From: the human T2T-CHM13v2.0 reference genome, Homo sapiens
Strand: one strand, 5' to 3'
DNA length: 64,000 nt
NCBI RefSeq assembly: GCF_009914755.1
Contig: NC_060946.1
Positions 17,090 through 64,000 of the stretch are shown in pieces. A program made the translations under genes and the position numbers. Each line of letters begins with the position of its first letter. Within the stretch, counting starts at the first letter, position 1. Under the pieces are notes generated by a model. That model ran no database searches. It had not been told where the DNA came from and saw only the letters and a program-made list of their open reading frames with translations.

Positions 17090-18180
17090 GAAAATGCGGA
17101 GGGAGAGGAAGAGTGCTCCAGGGCGAGGAAGCCGCGCCCGCGGCGATCTGGAGTGCGGTGGGGAGCAGGTGAGGCGGGAGAAGCCCAGTTCTGGGACACG
17201 CAGGCCAGCTCTAGGCAGGGGAAAGGAGGGGCGGGAGGCCAGGGAATGTTCCCTCAGGCTGGTGCGTCAGAATGGCCCAGGCAGCCTCCAGCGTGGGCCC
17301 CCGCTGGTCCCGGGAGGCGCCGCCAGAGGCTCGGGGAGGGTGGACGATGTGGCTGGGCCGGCGAGAATCCAGGGGCTGCAGGCAAGGACGGGGACTCGCG
17401 ATGAAACCCGAAGATCAGGGGCTGGTGGCAGTGATCGCGAGGGGCCTCCAAGCAGCCCAATCAATCTCGGACGAGGGGTCGAGTCAGTGGCGGTGCAGGC
17501 GGCAAAGGCAGCCAGGGTCTGAGCAGCGCGGCTCCAGCCCCAGCAGCAACGGGAGAGCGCGTGCGCCGCCCCAGACGACTGGACGCGCCCTCGTGACGCC
17601 ATCAGCGCGCGCCGCCCCAACTTCCGAGCGCAAGCGTGGTCGCCCCCACAGCCTGTGGGCTACGGGAACGCGATCCGACTCGGCGGCCCTCCCTGCCTGG
17701 ATGGCCGGTCCCCGAGGCTGAGGAAGTCCATTCCTCTTTCGGAAATGGTCCCCAGGAAGCTTCTCCGTGTCCCCCTATGGCCGGGTACTGAGCGGGGCCC
17801 GGGTGGTCTGCGGCCGTGGCCCCCGCCCCTCAGCGCAGGCGACCCTCCTGGCCCTGGCGGGCACAGCGCCTCTCCCGTGACCTGGGCCGGCCCGCAGGAT
17901 GAGCCCCCGGATCACGATCGCTGGCATTTTATTTACCTTCTTCCATTACAACCCCAGGCGAGTCTCCCGGGCCCCGAGAGGAGGGGGTGACTGGTCAGGG
18001 TCATCGGTAGCGGCGGCAGGGGCCTGCATAGGGCTGCCTCGGGGCGACTAGCAGAATGGCCGCCAGCCTCGGCTGCCCCAGCCCCCAGCGCATGGAATGT
18101 GCCCCGGGCCCCAGGAGCTCCAGGAACCGCGCTTGTGAGACGGAGCTTCGGCTGCTTGGAGCTAGTGAGCCACCGGCCAC
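17090..18180. promoter_or_regulatory. CpG island / probable lncRNA promoter
   Basis: CpG-dense; CCAAT ~17457, TGACG half-CRE ~17594, CTTCCG ETS core ~17621. Confidence 0.8.
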
Positions 18181-18765
18181 GGCAGGGATTTGAGCAGAAC
18201 TTGGGGGCAGAGGGATGAGATGGTGCATCCCTTGAGGTCACTTCAGGAGATGACACTCCTGTGGCTAAGTGTAGCTTCCCAGGTCATGGCTCCCAGGTCA
18301 GGCCTGGTCAATGGAGAATTAAGTGGGCGTTGGGTGGTGGATGGATGTGATTTGGCAGAGGGGACAAATGTGACAACAGTGTAATAAGGGCCATGTTGGG
18401 GAGGGTCAGGGGTCAGGGTCCGGCCCAACCTGAGCAGAAGGGAGGCTGCTCTCAGGGATATTTGTCAGGTAGGAATGGGTGGAGTGGAACTACAGGGCCA
18501 CCATGTTTCCCATGGGTCACCCATGGTGGCCTTGTCATGTTTATCCGTGATCCTCAGTGTTCTCTGTGGTCCTCCCGTCACCCCTTTCAGACTGTCCTTT
18601 CAGTTCTCCACTGTCCCTGCATCACCTCTGCCCCTGTCCCGTTTGTCTGTGTTCAGTCCATGTTCCCAGGTCTTGAGGTGGCCCCTGGTTCTATGCCCCT
18701 TACCTAAGACCCTGTGCAGGGAATCTGTGAAAACACAGAGGAAATAAAAAGTGAGGAAAATAGTA
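17630..18765 (+). ncRNA. LINC01311: Probable lncRNA LINC01311 (boundaries approximate)
   Basis: CpG-island start, AATAAA at 18743-18748, no recognisable protein. Name assigned from remembered gene order next to the SLC25A1 3' end, not from sequence recognition. Confidence 0.5.
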
Positions 18766-21509
18766 CTCTTGCATCCTCGACCAAGATAGTGTTTGTTGTG
18801 AGTGCTGAGACGGACCAGCATTCTCTTTGTTGGTGAAGAGGAGACAGACCCATCCACAGGAGTCATTGGCTTTTTTGAATACTAAGCTCTGACTGCCATT
18901 CATCATCTACACAGGGACAGAAAACCCGGTCTGGGGGACGTGGCACGCAGCAGTGTGTGAGGGGAATGTCAAGGAATCTGGGGAGCGGGAAGATGGAGCG
19001 GGGTAGCTGCCTGGAGGCCTCAGTCCCACAGCAGTGAGGACAAGGCTGGAGGTTAGCCAAGCCCTGCCCTAGGTGTGGTCACGACCTCACCAGCTCCCTT
19101 TTCCTTTTCTCTGAGGCCATTGTCTCTCCTGGGCACAGTCCGTAAGGTTCAGATTCCAGACTGTGACTTTAACTGGTCACCGTGGCTCTGGCTGGAGCAG
19201 GACATGGTGACCTGGAGTCTCCATCCACTCCTCCGATGTGCACTTAGCCACCTCCTGGGGCTCTCCCCAGCACTGGCCGAGCATCCTGGTTAGTGGGGAG
19301 ACGTGGAGCACCAGGCTAGAAATCAAGACCCTTCTGCCTGCAGACTAGCTTGGAGACCCATCCACGTGTCTCTGCTCCTCTGCCCCTTAAGGGCAGGTGC
19401 GCCCCAGTGTTCTTAGTCTGTGCTACTCCCTGCTGCGGGCCTCCTCTCTGCAGTCTGGTTAAATGCAACTTGGCTCCCTCCAGGCCCCTGCCTGCCTCTC
19501 CAGCCTCCAGCTCTTTCCTGCACAGACACCTTTCCCCTTGGGTCTCAGCTCCAAGACTGGAGGCTGCTTGCTTCTTGAGGGAATGTGTGAAGCAGCCTAC
19601 AGTGTGGGTTCTATCTACCAGAGTACGTGGCTCCTCCATGCTCGTGGCCCCAAGGGACTCAGACCCAGCTCAATCAACATTTCTGGCTGGGCTATCTGAT
19701 GTCTGCCGTGTGATTCAAAGGTGATTCAAGGTGACCCTGAGGATGGCAGGGGTCCAGGGAGGGTGGAGACCCATGCCATCCTACACCCTGCTCTCACCTA
19801 GTGCAGCCTCGGCCCCTTCCTGTGGAGAGGGACAGGGACAGGACTCGGTGCAGGTGTGCAGTGAGTGGCTGGCATCTCTGGAGGTCAGTATGTGAGGGTG
19901 GGGGTCCCCTCCAGGCAGCTGCGAGGGCTTGGCTGCTCCCAGAACTGCCTGGAACCTGGGGAGACTGTAAACAACCTCTTGCAACCCCAAGAATAAAGCT
20001 GCCATGTGTGAGGGCTTGCTCTGAGCTAAGCATGATTCTGAGCACCGGCAGGGAGTACAGCAAGTGGATGCTGAGGCCTGGAGGGCAGGCCCCAGAGAGC
20101 TGAGTGCCCCTCCAGGTTTCATGGCTGGCACTGTGGACCAGTGTGGCCCACTGCCTGCTTGCCACCCCACAACAAAGCTTCAGAGGTGCAGAACCAGTGG
20201 CCTGAGCTCCAGGGACAGGAAGCATCTTGGCGTGGGGTTCTCATGGTGGCACTTGCATGCCCTAGTGCACAGGGGCGGAAGGGGAAGCTCTGTTGCCTGG
20301 GCCCTTTCTCTGTGGCAACAGATGGGGAAGTCTGCTGTGAGGATAGAGAGTGCATGGCCATCCCATCACAGCACAGGTTGAGTGCTGAGCCACCCCGAGC
20401 CCTCCCCAGCCCAGCGGCTCTCCCCAAGGAGGCTTCAAAACCCCGTGCTCCCTTTGTACCCCCAAGCCCATGCTTGGCTCTCAGATCCACCTCGGGCCCT
20501 TTGCACCCCAGACTCCTCCCCAGCTGCACATTCCCGGGATTCCAGGCATCTGGTGCTGTGTGAGGTCACTAGGACAGGGCAGTCTCCCCAGGGACGGGAC
20601 CTGTTCACATGGAGTTTCTGGCTGGCAAAAGCTTGTTCTCCAGTCTGAGCCAAACGCTTGCATGACTCTTCCCCCATGGAGGCACTTGGACAGGAAGCTG
20701 GCTTCTCTGCACAGCCAGGGGCACTAGGTGATCCCATCCTGCCTGAGCGTCCTCCACGTGGCTCATAGGCTGTGGAAAGAGGGGCTTGGCCCCATGGGGA
20801 CATGCCAGTTCAGAGCTCTGGCCTCCAGCCAGAGGGACACCTTTCTCTGAGGCTCATGGCTGTGGCATGAGGTGCCCAGAGAGCCCTGGTCAGGCAGCCC
20901 CACCTCCTGCTGCCCCAGGGCAGCTGCCTCCCAGCCCAGGTGAAGGAACAAGGGAGGGCCCCTGCCCAGAGCCTTTGGGTAGCAGATGCCAGACACCCAC
21001 CCCCACCTGGAGTTCAGAGGCCTCAACGTGCCCCCATCTCCTCCTCCCCACGAGCAGCCCATTTCACTCACTGAGGAGCTGGGCATGCCCCAGAGGGGCC
21101 CTGGGCAACCCAACCCTTCCCTAAGCTTCCCTGTGGGTGAGGGGCAGGCAGTCGTCCTGGGGGCTCCATCTCCTGGGCCCAGCCCCCTGCTCTGAACACT
21201 CTGCCAGGCCACCCCTAGGCCTTGTCAACACACCCTTTTACCCATGCCACGGGATCTTGCCCAGAGGCCACAGGGAAGGCCAGGGTGCACCCAGATCCTT
21301 CTTGGCCTGGCGCTGGGCTTCTCAGGGAGCCAACACTGTGGCCACAGCTGCTCTGCCCTGGGTGGACACTAGGCTTTCCCTGTCCCCCTACTGCAGTGTC
21401 CTCAGATGGGGGTGGCCTGGTCCCCTGCAGAGGCACAGCCACCAATGCCCATGCATAGATGGGTCCATACAGGGACGAACACAGGACAGGAGGCTGCAAC
21501 AGGATCCGG

Positions 21510-21515
21510 TTTATT
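21510..21515 (-). terminator. SLC25A1: SLC25A1 polyadenylation signal AATAAA
   Basis: tttatt on the + strand, about 570 nt downstream of the stop codon. Confidence 0.85.
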
Positions 21516-22079
21516 CTGCCTTGGCAGGGTGGTCCTGAGAGTGGTGGGTGCCACCCTGTCCGGGGCGGAGAGAGGGCCCGAGGGCCAGTTAAGGCCAATG
21601 GCGGGAGAAGCAGGGGGCTGCAGCCCCTGGAATGCGGTGAAGCCAGGCCGAGGCCCGGAGGCAGCTGTGGTAGGCCAGGGCAGGGTGGAAGGCACCGGAC
21701 TGGGACCGGGCCAGGGCTACAGGGCCGAGGACCCAGGCCACACGGGCACCCCGGGAGGCGGGGCACAGGGTCACGTGACACAGAACATGAAACACAGGCA
21801 CAGGGTTCACAGTAAGCACATGGACAAGTGGGCACAGGGTCATAGGCCAGATGCACATCCAGCCATGGCTGGGCCAGACACTGGGACACAGTGGTGGTGT
21901 CACACACAGACCACAGGGGGGACACATGGATTTGACAGCCACAATGCACAGACCAGGCTACAGAGCTCGAGGGACGTGGGAAGGGGCCTTTTGGCACTAC
22001 TGCACTGGAATCATGTGAGACAAAGGTAGCAGGACACTCTGGCGGTGCCTGGGGCGGTCCCCTTGCGGCCTCTCTAGGC

Positions 22080-22194
22080 TTAGTCCGTCTTCCACACTTT
22101 GTTGAGCAGCTTCACCACTTCATCATAGATGACAAACACTATGGCCACATCCAGGCAGACCCGGCCCAGGCGGGGGACAGTGCCCTTGTAGAAT
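22080..22194 (-). CDS. SLC25A1: SLC25A1 exon 9 coding part (115 nt)
   Basis: [37 protein letters not shown]. Confidence 0.96.
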
Positions 22195-24623
22195 CTGGGT
22201 GGGAGGAGGGGCGGGGAGAGGAAGGCAGGTCAGCACAGTGTCCCTGCACAGGGCAATCCCCAGATACTGAAGTGAGAGGCACAGAGGCCTGAAGGGGACA
22301 GAGTGGGCAGGCCAGGTAGGCCGGGAAAGGTTTGAGGTGGGGACAATAGCCCTGCCCCTCCCCCACTCACGCCTTGAGCCCCTCCTTCTTCAGGATCTGC
22401 AAGCCGCAGTCCCACGTGTTCCGGTATTTGTGCGCCTCCAGGCCCTATGGGGGACATCAGCAGGCAGGGGCTCAGCAGCTAGCTCTGGCCTGGTCCCCCC
22501 TTCCCCTCCCCTTCCCGGCCCCACCACCTGCATCCGGGTCTTAATCACATCCAGAGGAGTGTTTCCAAAGACACTGGCTGCGCCTGCAATAGCTCCGAAG
22601 ACCCCAGTGATCAGAGGGTTCATGGGCTTGTTGGGGTTGTCCCCTGGATATAGGAGGGGTGAGGTGGGTCAGAGGGTGCCGGGAGGGGCCTGGATCAGCA
22701 CTTCAAAAGGTGGGTGCCCGCCACCCAGGGGTGGCCCCAAGGAGAGGAGAGGAGCTGGCCATGTGCAGAGATGGGGCCCTGTGATGCAGACACACCTCGG
22801 TACCAGTTGCGCAGGGAGGTCATGACGAAGAAGCGGATGGCCTGGTTCGAGCCCTGCTTCAGGACAGTGGCTGTGAGGCCCTGGTACGTCCCCTTCAGCC
22901 CTGCGGGAAGGCAGGCACGGGGTTACCCTGCAGCCTCTCAGGCCCCGGTTGGGAATTGGTGTGTGTGGGGGGTGGGTGTTGCACAAAGCCCAAGGCAGGA
23001 TGGGAGGTGCAGGCCCTTCCCACCCTGGCCCAGGTCCCTGAGCCCTATCAGGAAGGTCGAGTGGCTCACCTTGTTCCCGCACAATCTCCCTAACCCCGTG
23101 GAAGAATCCTCTGTACTTGGGGTTTGGGGAGGTCTGGTCGTGGATGAACTTCACCTGAGAGAGAGAAGCAAAGGCGCAGGTTCTCGGCTGCCACCTGGGT
23201 GGGTCCTGGCTAGCTGGCAGGCCCAGGGCCCATCCAGGGTGGAGGGAACTGGGAACTCTTCCCCAGGAAGCAGTGCAGCCAAGGCCGCCCTGGGCTGCCC
23301 ACACGGACCATGCCCCGGGACACAGGGCAGCCCACACGGACCATGCTCTGGGACACAGGGCAGCCCTGTGAGCAGCCTCTCCCTTTATGTTTGCTGCTCT
23401 TTTCCAGTTTTGGCAGTGAAGGTGTCATTTTGTTTTCTGCTTTATAAAAGTATTTTTTAAAGACTTTAAGGCTGCCTTTAGCATAGACTCAGCCTCCACG
23501 GGTGGCCCTTCGTGGCAGGCGTCCTGCCCCAGGGCCCCGCGGTCACCCCGCCGGCCTTCCCTGGCGTCCAGGAGACCCTCCCCAGCTTGCCGGTTGCCCC
23601 GGGAGCACCGGGCCAGCGGGGCCGCCCGTCTCCGTACTCCCTGCGTGTCCGGGGTCCTCGCCAGGACCTTCCCCACCTTGATGGTCTCCATGGGGCACAC
23701 GACCACCACGGCCTCGGCCACGCCAGCGCCCAGGCCGCACAGCAGCCCACGCGTGCTGTCCAGCCGTCCCTGGGCATCCCGCATGTGGTTGCTGAGGAAC
23801 TCGAACATTCCAAACCTGGAGGCGGGAGGCGGGTGAGAGGGGCTGCCGCGGCCGAGCCCCCCTCCCGCAGCAGCCACCGGCCGGGCCTCACCTGACGGCC
23901 GCCTTGGGGATGGAACCGTAGAGCAGGGAGCTAAGGCCGCGGTACAGGCCCAGGACGCCATGGCTGCGAACCGTCTGCCGCACGCAGTCCCCTGGGGGAG
24001 GGGGCGGTCAGGACCCCACGGCCCTCGGTGCCGCCGCCCTGGGTACCCGCCCCCCGCGGCGCCGCGGCCTCCCCCTCCTCACCGATGCCCCGGTACCGCG
24101 GCGGGTGCGAGCGCTCGTCCAGCTGCAGCTGCGTCTTCACGTACTCGGTGGGGAAGGTGATGCAGATCTCGATGCCACCCGCCAGGCCGCCTGCAGGGAC
24201 CGGGAACCCGCTCCTGAGACTCCCGCCCGGCCGCTGGCGCTCGGGCCCCTCCCCCGTCCCGGACTTCGGTCGGCGCGGCCGCCGCGCCAGTGCCGCGGGG
24301 AACATAGGCTGGGGCCCCACGCCCCCATGCCCTCACCCCGTTGTCCCGGCGAGGCGCAGGGGGTGACAGACGGGAGGCGGGCGAGTCCCAGCGCGCCGGG
24401 TGGGGACCAGGACCGCGCCTCCACGACTCCCCAGCCCACGGCCCAACCCGGAAGTGGGGCGGGGCCTCAGCGTCCCGGGCCCACCCAGAAGCGCGGCGGG
24501 AGAGGGGTCCGCGTCCCGGAGGGGCCCACCTGCCAGGATCGCCTTCCCCGGGTGCGTCAGCTTGGCCTTCCCGGACGCGGGCGCGGCGGCCGCCAGAGCG
24601 CGCGGGGCGCGGGGCGCGGGCAT
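22080..24623 (-). CDS. SLC25A1: Mitochondrial citrate/tricarboxylate carrier (CIC/CTP), complete 9-exon CDS, 311 aa
   Basis: join(24623-24530,24190-24083,23991-23892,23815-23677,23154-23070,22900-22796,22643-22528,22444-22371,22194-22080) = 936 nt with all introns GT-AG. Starts [33 protein letters not shown]. Three carrier signatures [27 protein letters not shown] at 22082-22080. Confidence 0.98.
22371..22444 (-). CDS. SLC25A1: SLC25A1 exon 8 (74 nt)
   Basis: [24 protein letters not shown]. Confidence 0.96.
22528..22643 (-). CDS. SLC25A1: SLC25A1 exon 7 (116 nt)
   Basis: [38 protein letters not shown]. Confidence 0.96.
22796..22900 (-). CDS. SLC25A1: SLC25A1 exon 6 (105 nt)
   Basis: [34 protein letters not shown]. 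Confidence 0.96.
23070..23154 (-). CDS. SLC25A1: SLC25A1 exon 5 (85 nt)
   Basis: [28 protein letters not shown]. Confidence 0.96.
23292..23365. repeat. 33-bp tandem duplication in SLC25A1 intron 4
   Basis: ggg(c)(t/a)gcccacacggaccatgc..gggacaca at 23292 and 23325. Confidence 0.85.
23677..23815 (-). CDS. SLC25A1: SLC25A1 exon 4 (139 nt)
   Basis: [46 protein letters not shown]. Confidence 0.96.
23892..23991 (-). CDS. SLC25A1: SLC25A1 exon 3 (100 nt)
   Basis: [33 protein letters not shown]; AG/GT flanks. Confidence 0.96.
24083..24190 (-). CDS. SLC25A1: SLC25A1 exon 2 (108 nt)
   Basis: [35 protein letters not shown]; ctgcag| acceptor, |gtgag donor. Confidence 0.96.
24083..24305 (-). CDS. SLC25A1: Alternative SLC25A1 first coding segment from intron 1 (318-aa pmCiC-type isoform)
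   Basis: ATG at 24305-24303 reads [38 protein letters not shown] in frame into exon 2. Matches my recollection of the plasma-membrane isoform N-terminus. Confidence 0.75.
24530..24623 (-). CDS. SLC25A1: SLC25A1 exon 1 coding part (94 nt)
   Basis: gccATG at 24623-24621; donor GCAG|gtggg. Confidence 0.96.
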
Positions 24624-25098
24624 GGCGGGCGGGAGGCGGGGCGCCCTGTGGCGGCTTCGGGTCCGAGACTCCAGAACTCCGCGCTCGGTCCGCGGTGGCA
24701 GCGGCGGCCGGTTATGGTCCCAGGGGCGGGGCGGCCGCGTCAGCTCCAGGTCCCGCCCCGCGTGGTCCGAGCCAGGCCCCGCCCCCAGCCCGCCCCGTGC
24801 GGGCCGGGAAACTGAGGCCTGGGCGGGGCGCGCCGAGGCAGGCGTAGGGGCGGGGCCAAAGCGCAGCCAATGGCCGAGGCCGAGTCCCTGGGCGACCGCG
24901 AGCGGCGGGACGGGGGCGGGGCTGCGGGAGGCGGAGCCGTGGCCCAGCTCCGAGCAGTGGGTCAAGGTGCACTGTGTGCCGCGCCGCGGGATAGCGGGCC
25001 TCGGGTCTGCGCGACTGTCGAGAGCGGCGGGATCCCCAGGGATCCCGGAGGCCAGGGGCACACCCTCCCCGAAAACACGTGGGGCTAGCCCAGTCCCA

Positions 25099-25206
25099 GA
25101 GGAACTCTAACGTTTCGAACCTGGAGGCGGGAGGCGGGAGGCCGGTGAGAAGGTGCTACGCCGCCGGGCCCCCCTCCCGCAGCAGCCACGGGCCGGGCCT
25201 CACCTG
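25099..25206 (-). repeat. Diverged direct duplicate of SLC25A1 intron 3 plus the start of exon 4
   Basis: Aligns by eye with 23794-23895. Confidence 0.9.
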
Positions 25207-25419
25207 CCGGTTCCCACCCACACCTTTCCCGGTTGTAGTTTCTGCGCTCAGCGAACAAGGTCAGGAAAGACCACAAATGCAAGCGGCTGTATTCTCCTAG
25301 GCAGCTTGTCTGGGCAACGGAGGTCCCACACCCCAAAGAGGACCCAGCAAATCTTTAATGGACTGCGGGGCCTAGGAAACTGGCCCGTCCCTCCTACCCA
25401 TACCAGCACCAAGCAGAGC

Positions 25420-25919
25420 ACCTTTGCCTGGATAAACCGACTTTAATATTTATGATTGCCAAGAGGCTGAGAGTCCTTTTATGAGGTCCGGTACCTCCAA
25501 ACAAGACGTGTTCATGTAGTCTTCAAACTGGCCTGGAGGGGGCAGCTCCAGCCAGTCGGAGGCGCCCAGGAGGAAGGCCTGGCTCCAGCAGGAGGGCCCA
25601 CAGTCCAGTCTCTGTTGTCGGCTAAAGCTGGTCTTGCGCCGTCAGCCTCTACCCTGGCCTCCCCAGGCTCTGGGATGGCTCAGAGGTTGCCGTCATTGGG
25701 TTTCAGCAAAAATAAATATTGTCCAGGTGTCCCTGCCTCCCATTGCGTCCCCTGTGCTGCTGGAGTGACATGCTCCTTGGAGAAGTTAGTAACTCTGCAG
25801 GTAGGGTGGGTGGTGACAACGACCACTACACGCGGAAGTTGTACACTGGAGGCTGGCGAAGTTGGGAGCAGAGGCATATCCATAGGGGAAGCTGGCAGGG
25901 GCTGGGCCCACGGCAGGGC
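25420..25919 (-). other. CLTCL1: CLTCL1 exon 33 (3' UTR)
   Basis: Acceptor cttccccctctgcag|GCCC at 25921-25920; ATTAAA signal at 25447-25442; 3' end approximate. Confidence 0.8.
25442..25447 (-). terminator. CLTCL1: CLTCL1 polyadenylation signal (variant ATTAAA)
   Basis: tttaat on the + strand; the only PAS-like hexamer I noticed at the end of exon 33. Confidence 0.7.
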
Positions 25920-26168
25920 CTGCAGAGGGGGAAGCCCACAATGAGCAGAGCTCTTCCTGCCCATGGGGGTCCTCTCCTGGCTGCCCCTGAGTAGCCCGGG
26001 GCCCAGGGAGCAGGGTCTATAGGACCAGCCCTTACCACCCAGACGCTGAGGCCCCAAGAGAGCAGGCATCCAGAGGCAAGGAGCGTGGGGTCAGCCAGAG
26101 AACCTGGCCTGGCTAGAGGATAAGCTAGTCTCCAAATGGGACACTTACTTAGTGCAATCAGCTGGGTC

Positions 26169-62968
<36,800 letters not shown>

Positions 62969-64000
62969 TTAAAAAGCATTTGAAAGAACTTGATTAAAGT
63001 CAATTCAAGACTGTATCTTTGAAGCTAAACAGAAGGGAAGGACTCCTCCAAGATGGTCTGGAATAGACACAGAGAAAATGGGAGACTTCTTAATGTAACA
63101 AAGGAAGGGTTTTCAAAGTTAATTTCAGGAAATTCTGTTTGCTCTGTTTTGACAATTAGTTTTTCTCTCATATCAAATATGCTACAGACTCTTACTCAGC
63201 TCCAATGACCAGTGCACCAGGCATTTTGAAATGAATGTCTCCTTTTAGATTTGTCTCTTAAAGCCACTAATAGCAAATATGGCTCCACTTCTCTAATGAA
63301 GACACCGCAGGGGCTTCCAGCAGCCTCTTACTAGAAGAGAGCACTGCCACTGCTGTGGCACAGTCCACAGCCAGAGCTGTGGAGCCACGTGCCTTCACAC
63401 CGGATGACACTCAGAACCACAATCTGAAGGAAAGACCAACAAAAGACTGGCTGTGCCACCCCTCCTCCAATTATAGGTGTCTCACATACAAAAACACTTA
63501 CAAATAGGGTGGAAAGACAGTTTTCCAAAGAGTACATTTCCCATGCAACAGCAGTTTGGAACGCCAGCACTGTTCTCTTTGCACTTTGGACCAGGCACCT
63601 TCAGTGACTTCCAGAATCTAATATTTTTGCCAAGTTTCTGGTTCTCCTCAGGGGTGGGCAACAGCCGTGTATCAATGAGAGGGAAGAGACAGCTCTGGAC
63701 GGTCTTTCATGGCTAACACAGCCCTCTGACCATGAACTTTCACCTAGCAATCTTGAGGGGCCTTAAAGGAACCTAGGGTCAAGGTCAGTCCAGTCCACCT
63801 TTCTGCTAGTCTTTGTGAACTCAATGGTACCATAAGATGCAAAAGTTCTACCTCTGTGGAATTTGTAGTAACTACAACAAGGAGGCTGAAGAGTTTGAGA
63901 ACAGGAGCTCTCCCAGCAGCTAAGGAACCAAAAGGGTATGCCTGAGGGAAAGGGGCACCAGGACACAGCACAAGTCCATCCAAAGGAGAAGGTACACTTC

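Larger units (their letters stand above)
23500..25250. promoter_or_regulatory. CpG island / SLC25A1 promoter
   Basis: Very high CpG density. GC boxes at ~24723, ~24777 and ~24847; CCAAT at 24867-24871. Intron 1 has an ETS site CCGGAAGTG (24448-24456) next to a GC box. Confidence 0.9.

Noticed and set aside
16718-22029. Several 200+ aa ORFs in the GC-rich region and the SLC25A1 3' UTR
   Set aside because: Low-complexity G/P/R/A composition, overlapping frames and no recognisable domain.
24624-25061. In-frame 146-codon N-terminal extension of SLC25A1
   Set aside because: Starts at GTG upstream of the likely TSS. Lack of stops is expected in a CpG island.

Overview
Human 22q11.2 (DiGeorge critical region) genomic DNA, identified from recognisable coding sequence. 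It holds the complete 9-exon mitochondrial citrate carrier gene SLC25A1 (minus strand, CDS 24623->22080, 311 aa). It also holds the 3' part of the clathrin heavy chain CHC22 gene CLTCL1 (minus strand, exons 19-33, stop at 26169-26171), which ends about 0.7 kb upstream of the SLC25A1 promoter. All coding exon boundaries were read by eye: each has GT/AG, and exon lengths sum to the expected frames. The first 12.5 kb is a dense stack of Alu, L1 and LTR insertions into an old ERVL provirus. CpG-rich elements lie near 15.4-15.9 kb and 17.1-18.2 kb (probably the LINC01311 promoter). CLTCL1 introns carry Tigger1, MER1A, L1, L2, an LTR12-family solo LTR and a 36-bp VNTR. I found no convincing new multi-gene system. 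The most interesting signals are: (i) an apparent fossil clathrin C-terminal tail in the CLTCL1 3' UTR, two single-base frameshifts from being coding; (ii) a duplicated SLC25A1 intron 3 with intact splice sites upstream of its own promoter; (iii) the V1316 CHC22 allele; (iv) a K50-homeodomain-site cluster; (v) a sense-oriented intronic LTR12; (vi) a VNTR built on a near-PRDM9 motif. Repeat family names come from memory of consensus sequences, not from a search.
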